A model generated the notes under the pieces. It did no database searches. It had not been told where the DNA came from and worked only from the letters and a program-made list of their open reading frames with translations. This document shows, piece after piece, positions 54,923-59,304 of a stretch of DNA of 59,304 nt. The stretch is from Negativicutes bacterium (GTDB taxonomy: Bacteria > Bacillota > Negativicutes > JAGPMH01). The stretch covers positions 1 through 59,304 of the forward strand of contig JAGPMH010000003.1 of assembly GCA_018052945.1 (NCBI GenBank), given 5' to 3'. Each line of letters starts with the position of its first letter. Position 1 is the first letter of the stretch. The position numbers were made by a program, and so were the translations under genes.

Positions 54923-56976
54923 TATTTAATTTTACTAAAGTCAATTACTTGCATTGTCATCATTGTTATTTTATTTAATAATGCCAAGCGATTATTGCGG
55001 ATAGCTTCATTTTCATCCATTACCATTACATTAGCAAAAAACTCATCTATCGGTTGAGTTAAATTTACCATTTCATTAATCGCCGCAACATAGTCAAACT
55101 CAGCGATCAAAGTTTCAACTTTATCACTAACAACCTGATAGGCCTTGTGAAGTGTTTTTTCAGCATCATTTTGCAGTAAATCAATACTAACGTCTGCACA
55201 CTCTGCTTTTTTCGCTAAATTACCCACCCTCACAAACGCCTGGATCGCTTTTGGCATTTCATTATTGTCAATAGTTTTCACCAACGCTTGTGCCTTTAAA
55301 TATGCTAAATACACATCATCAATATTATTTAACGTTGCTTCAATAATATCATAACGAACATTTTCATCAGATAGTACATTTTTGATTCTTAACGCAAAAA
55401 ACTCTTCAAGACTGGTCAATAAAGTATTTTTTTGTACAGTATCCGTAATGTTAAGTAGTTCCATCGCTTTTTCAGCAATTACTTTAATCGATACATTAAA
55501 TTTAGCAGCTATCAGAATATTAACAATTCCCAGCGCTTGGCGTCTTAATGCATAAGGGTCTTGTGAACCCGTTGGAATAAGACCACGACTAAACGTAGCA
55601 ACAATATTATCTATTTTGTCAGCAATACTCAGCATTTTTCCAGCAACAGACTCAGGTAATTCATCCCCAGCAAAGCGTGGTAAGTAGTGTTCAAAAATAG
55701 CGTTAGCCACTTCCGGTGTTTCGCCATTAAGCAATGCATATTCTTTACCCATCAAACCTTGAAGCTCGGTAAATTCACAAACCATCCCTGTAACCAAGTC
55801 GGTTTTAGCAAGAATTGCGCCTCTTTCTACTGTAACAAGCTCAGTCATATTAGCATCAACTTCACCTAAAATAAAAGCAGCTAATTCTTTTATTCTCATA
55901 ACTTTATCATAAATAGTGCCTAAGCCTTCTTGGAACACTATCGTTTTAAGTTTATCTAATCTATCAATTAATGGAACCTTACAATCTTCTTCAAAGAAAA
56001 ATTGTGCGTCAGCCAATCTAGCTCTTAAGACTCTTTCATTACCATGTTGCACAATATTTAAATGCTCAGCCCCCCCATTGCGGACTGTAATAAACATCGG
56101 CATTAATGAACCATTAGCATCTTTAACTGGGAAATAGCGTTGATGTTCTCGCATCGGTGTAACAACAGTTTCCGGTGGCAGTTTTAAATATTTTTCTTCA
56201 AAGACACCACATAAAGCGGTAGGATATTCTACTAAATATACTACTTCTTCTAGCAAATCTTCAGTAATATCAGCTCTACCATTTTTACTAGCAGCTAGCT
56301 CTTCAATTTGCTGTAAAATCATTGAACGGCGAAGTTCTTGATTTACAATAACAAAGTTTTCTGCCATTTTTTCAACATATTCAGTGGCATTATTTATTGT
56401 TATTGCACCGGAACTTAAAAATCTATGTCCACGACTAACATTCCCACTTTTCACACCGGCAATTTCAAAGTCAATTACAACATTGTCGAGCAAGCCAATT
56501 AACCACTTAATCGGACGAACAAATTTCATTTCTAAATCAGCCCAACGCATATTTTTAGGGAAATTTAAGCTGTTTATTATTTCAACTAATAATTCTGGTA
56601 ATATTTCCTCAACGTTTTTGCCAGTTTCATTAATTTTTGCATAAACATAATCATCTTTTACAAACAGCTCTTCCACTGCTACATTTTGCCCTCTGGCAAA
56701 ACCTTGTGCCGCTTTCGTAGCTTTTCCTTCACCATCAAAGGCCACTTTTATCGATGGACCTTTACTCTCAGTCGAAATATCAGCTTGTTTCTCTGCAAGA
56801 CCTTCAACCATTAGGGCCATTCTTCTTGGCGTTCCATAAACCTTTACAACCTTAAATTGAATTCGTAGTTGCTTTAATTTATCTGTCGCTAAACTTTCTA
56901 ACTGTTTTAAAACATTCGGCATAAATCTAGCCGGTATTTCTTCCGTTCCAATTTCCAGTAATAAGTTTTTACTCAT
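54922..56976 (-). CDS. glyS: Glycine--tRNA ligase beta subunit
   Basis: 684 aa. [18 protein letters not shown].. canonical N-terminus. Overlaps glyQ by 8 nt. Confidence 0.97.
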   Translation of the reverse strand: MSKNLLLEIGTEEIPARFMPNVLKQLESLATDKLKQLRIQFKVVKVYGTPRRMALMVEGLAEKQADISTESKGPSIKVAFDGEGKATKAAQGFARGQNVAVEELFVKDDYVYAKINETGKNVEEILPELLVEIINSLNFPKNMRWADLEMKFVRPIKWLIGLLDNVVIDFEIAGVKSGNVSRGHRFLSSGAITINNATEYVEKMAENFVIVNQELRRSMILQQIEELAASKNGRADITEDLLEEVVYLVEYPTALCGVFEEKYLKLPPETVVTPMREHQRYFPVKDANGSLMPMFITVRNGGAEHLNIVQHGNERVLRARLADAQFFFEEDCKVPLIDRLDKLKTIVFQEGLGTIYDKVMRIKELAAFILGEVDANMTELVTVERGAILAKTDLVTGMVCEFTELQGLMGKEYALLNGETPEVANAIFEHYLPRFAGDELPESVAGKMLSIADKIDNIVATFSRGLIPTGSQDPYALRRQALGIVNILIAAKFNVSIKVIAEKAMELLNITDTVQKNTLLTSLEEFFALRIKNVLSDENVRYDIIEATLNNIDDVYLAYLKAQALVKTIDNNEMPKAIQAFVRVGNLAKKAECADVSIDLLQNDAEKTLHKAYQVVSDKVETLIAEFDYVAAINEMVNLTQPIDEFFANVMVMDENEAIRNNRLALLNKITMMTMQVIDFSKIK

Positions 56977-57892
56977 CTTTTTTACCTCCTTTTAACAGCG
57001 GATATCCTAATTCTTCTCGTTGCTTAAGATAACCTTGCGCGCATAGTCTGGCCATATTCCGTACACGACCGATAAAACCCGTGCGTTCACTAACACTAAT
57101 TGCGCCTCTAGCATCTAGTAAGTTAAAAGTGTGTGAGCATTTTAATACATAATCGTAAGCTGGTAAAACAAAGCCTTGCTCAATTATTCTTACCGCTTCT
57201 TTTTCATACATATCAAATAAATTAAATAACAGTTCAGTATCAGCTAACTCAAAATTATAATGTGATTGTTCTACTTCATTTTGATGGAATACATCACCAT
57301 AAGTAACACCATTAACCCATTCTAAATCATAAACATTTTCTTTTCCTTGAATATACATTGCTAAACGTTCTAAACCATATGTTATCTCTACTGAAACAGG
57401 TTTTACGTCAACACTACCAACTTGTTGAAAATAAGTAAATTGGGTGATTTCCATCCCATCCAGCCATACTTCCCAACCTAAGCCCCAAGCCCCCAAAGTC
57501 GGTGATTCCCAGTTATCTTCAACAAAACGGATATCATGTTCTTCCGGTTTAATCCCCAATTTTTTCAAACTTTCTAAATAAAGCTCTTGAATATTATCAG
57601 GCGATGGTTTCATAATAACTTGAAATTGATGATGTTGAAATAATCTATTAGGATTTTCACCATAACGCCCATCAGCCGGACGGCGTGATGGTTCAACATA
57701 AGCTACATTCCATGGTTCCGGTCCTAACGCCCGCAAAAAAGTCGACGGATTCATGGTTCCGGCACCTTTTTCAACGTCATAAGGCTGTGATAAGATACAA
57801 TTTTGTCCTGCCCAAAAATTTTGTAAAGTCAGGATAATGTCCTGAAAAGTCATCATTATTAATTCCCCCTTATAATAAAAAACAAAAAACAC
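56969..57892 (-). CDS. glyQ: Glycine--tRNA ligase alpha subunit
   Basis: ..[15 protein letters not shown]...QPYD.E.GAGT.. is canonical. The likely true start is the ATG at 57856 (MMTFQD..) with an AAGGGGGA RBS. The track N-terminus overlaps the T-box terminator. Confidence 0.97.
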   Translation of the reverse strand: MFFVFYYKGELIMMTFQDIILTLQNFWAGQNCILSQPYDVEKGAGTMNPSTFLRALGPEPWNVAYVEPSRRPADGRYGENPNRLFQHHQFQVIMKPSPDNIQELYLESLKKLGIKPEEHDIRFVEDNWESPTLGAWGLGWEVWLDGMEITQFTYFQQVGSVDVKPVSVEITYGLERLAMYIQGKENVYDLEWVNGVTYGDVFHQNEVEQSHYNFELADTELLFNLFDMYEKEAVRIIEQGFVLPAYDYVLKCSHTFNLLDARGAISVSERTGFIGRVRNMARLCAQGYLKQREELGYPLLKGGKKDE

Positions 57893-58096
57893 CTCGCCCT
57901 GTAACTAGTAATAGTTACAGGGACGAGATGTTATACCCGCGGTTCCACCCTGATTGGCTAATGCCCACCTTATTTTATCACAAGCTTTACTAACTGTTAA
58001 CAGCGTTCCTCTTGCAGTTCAAGAATGCCTTCACCTATAACTTGTCAAGCTCACACCATCCTTGACTCGCTTTATATTGTTAGGTTACTATTTTCT
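57880..58096 (-). promoter_or_regulatory. T-box leader (glycine) controlling glyQS
   Basis: Minus strand carries a GA/AGAGA motif at the 5' end and a GGC codon followed by A in ..GGTGAAGGCATT.. (specifier candidate). T-box sequence AATCAGGGTGGAACCGCGGG lies at 57937-57955. Terminator CTCGTCCCTGTAACT..AGTTACAGGGCGAG plus a T run follows. Confidence 0.88.
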
Positions 58097-58102
58097 CTCA
58101 TC

Positions 58103-58131
58103 ACCATAATGAATTTATTTTATCAAATCAA
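58103..58131 (-). promoter_or_regulatory. Promoter of the glyQS T-box leader
   Basis: TTGATT (58126-58131), 17 nt, TATGGT (58103-58108). It overlaps the stop codon of the Cys-rich mini-ORF. Confidence 0.5.
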
Positions 58132-58295
58132 CTATTTAATGTCAACGAACGTTTATTTACAATATCGCGTAAGCAAAACACAATACTATTTTTATCACGA
58201 TGCGCTTTTATGCAAGCATAACAATTGCCGTGATGTTGACATTGCAACTTCACACACGGACACTCTCCCGGTAAACATTGTGTTTGAGTTTCCAT
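58128..58295 (-). CDS. Cys/His-rich small protein (55 aa), below the ORF-track cutoff
   Basis: Hand translation METQTQCLPGECPCVKLQCQHHGNCYACIKAHRDKNSIVFCLRDIVNKRSLTLNS. Strong RBS AAGGTGGGG 6 nt upstream. It starts 21 nt after the recO stop. Confidence 0.6.
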   Translation of the reverse strand: METQTQCLPGECPCVKLQCQHHGNCYACIKAHRDKNSIVFCLRDIVNKRSLTLNS

Positions 58296-58316
58296 ATTTC
58301 CCCACCTTCAATACTC

Positions 58317-59060
58317 TTATTTGGGTAAATTTGTTAACTGATTAATAAAAGCAATTGATTTTAAAGGTTTTTCCAATACAAACGATAAATTACCAATTAA
58401 TAATTTTTCCGCATCTACCAAAGTTTTACCATTAACGGTAAAACTTTGGGGATTATACCAATCCAATGATAGCAAATGATTGATAAATTCTACTATTTTC
58501 AAATCAATGCTCATACTTTCAAACTCTCGACAATCACGACAAACAACTCCGGCTTTTTCATAAGAAAAATGAAAATCATCACCAACCAACTTTCCACAAC
58601 ATAAACAGGAATCATAAGTTGGTTGACAACCACTTTTATTTAAGATTTGATAACCTGCCGCTAAAGCAACCAACCGAGGGTTTTTCTGCGATAATAATTG
58701 AATTACCCCTAATAGCAAATCATACATTGCACTGTCTTCTTGCTTATCAGGATAAAATTCAATAATCAATTCTGCTACAAACATTCCATATGCCATCATT
58801 TCTAAATCATTACGCACTTGAACATTAGAAAGTTTAACCTCGCAATGTTTTATAACGTCAATATTGTTACCCTCAGCTAAGCTCAATTCTAATTGACTAA
58901 AAATTTGCATTGCACCAGCCAGCTTATTTTTAGGTCTACGACAACCATACGCTGCTGCTGAAATCTTTCCGTACTCTTTAGAAAACAATGTCGCAATTTT
59001 ATCAGCCTCACCAAAGTTTCGCACTGCCAACAATATTGCTTCCGTGGAATAAATCGACAT
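58317..59060 (-). CDS. recO: DNA repair protein RecO
   Basis: 247 aa. OB-fold N-terminus (..EAILLAVRNFGEADKI.TLFS...GK..) and Zn-finger CLCCG..C..C. Era-yqzL-recO-glyQS order as in Bacillus. Confidence 0.93.
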   Translation of the reverse strand: MSIYSTEAILLAVRNFGEADKIATLFSKEYGKISAAAYGCRRPKNKLAGAMQIFSQLELSLAEGNNIDVIKHCEVKLSNVQVRNDLEMMAYGMFVAELIIEFYPDKQEDSAMYDLLLGVIQLLSQKNPRLVALAAGYQILNKSGCQPTYDSCLCCGKLVGDDFHFSYEKAGVVCRDCREFESMSIDLKIVEFINHLLSLDWYNPQSFTVNGKTLVDAEKLLIGNLSFVLEKPLKSIAFINQLTNLPK

Positions 59061-59084
59061 ATAAACCCCTATTACTCTAAACTA

Positions 59085-59183
59085 TTACTGGTTTGCCACT
59101 TTTTTTAAACATTGACAATAATTCAAATAATCCTCGATACGACCAGTACTCTTAAAAATTCCCCACATAACTTCTTTCAACAT
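59085..59183 (-). CDS. YqzL-like small protein (32 aa), below the ORF-track cutoff
   Basis: Hand translation MLKEVMWGIFKSTGRIEDYLNYCQCLKKVANQ. The W.(I/V)F..TG.I(D/E).YL core resembles B. subtilis YqzL, which also sits directly upstream of recO. GGAGAG RBS 7 nt upstream. Confidence 0.55.
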   Translation of the reverse strand: MLKEVMWGIFKSTGRIEDYLNYCQCLKKVANQ

Positions 59184-59268
59184 CAGACATCTCTCCTTCT
59201 CAATCTGGATATTAAAAATATGGAATCATTTATCTATAATATAGAATAACGCATTTTCGGTAAAATAT

Positions 59269-59295
59269 AAAGAGGTAATTATAAATTACCTCTTT
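59269..59295. terminator. Hairpin, probable terminator of the upstream off-window minus-strand gene
   Basis: AAAGAGGTAAT-tataa-ATTACCTCTTT with AT-rich flanks on both sides. Orientation is ambiguous. Confidence 0.4.
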
Positions 59296-59304
59296 ATATT
59301 TTAC

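Noticed and set aside
58025-58345. A 106-aa plus-strand ORF.
   Set aside because: It runs antisense across the glyQS T-box leader, its promoter and the well-supported minus-strand Cys-rich mini-ORF. It has no RBS.

Overview
This is a 59.3 kb low-GC chromosomal core segment. About 50 genes lie on the minus strand; only purB and an LptA-like gene lie on the plus strand. The gene content points to a Firmicute with diderm, Negativicutes-like hallmarks: an RND AcrAB pump, an OstA/LptA-like exported protein, an O-antigen-ligase-like protein and a methylmalonyl-CoA propionate operon. Reading the minus strand from right to left, the order is yqzL-like, recO, a Cys-rich mini-ORF, a Gly T-box with glyQS, dgt-like, dnaG, rpoD, a four-tRNA operon, rlmN, acrAB and CIRCE-htpG. 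Next come a DEAD-box helicase, the accessory island, a Val T-box with valS, folC, the ligase-like gene and rex. An eight-gene succinate-to-propionate operon follows, with a CoA transferase, split B12 mutase, MeaB, epimerase, MmdA, a small subunit and BCCP. The remainder is an ArsB/NhaD permease, DUF4321, maf, radC, mreBCD, mrdA, minCDE, rodA, a radical-SAM pair, rng, rplU-prp-rpmA, a Spo0B-like mini-protein, obg, yhbY, proBA and the start of nadD. I found no CRISPR array, IS element, prophage or rRNA. The candidate novel system is the island at 35078-38933. It holds two tandem paralogous ~629-aa proteins that fuse an orphan NRPS-type condensation-like domain to a degenerate cyclic-nucleotide-binding-like domain. 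The catalytic HHxxxDG motif is replaced by PQxxxD in both copies. The pair has its own promoter, and no adenylation or carrier partner occurs anywhere in the window. A DEDDh exonuclease and a DUF523/TudS-like gene follow it. I also hand-translated four small ORFs below the track cutoff and located two T-boxes, a perfect CIRCE element, a Rex-box candidate, several promoters and many intrinsic terminators. All family assignments come from motif recognition by eye; no searches were run.
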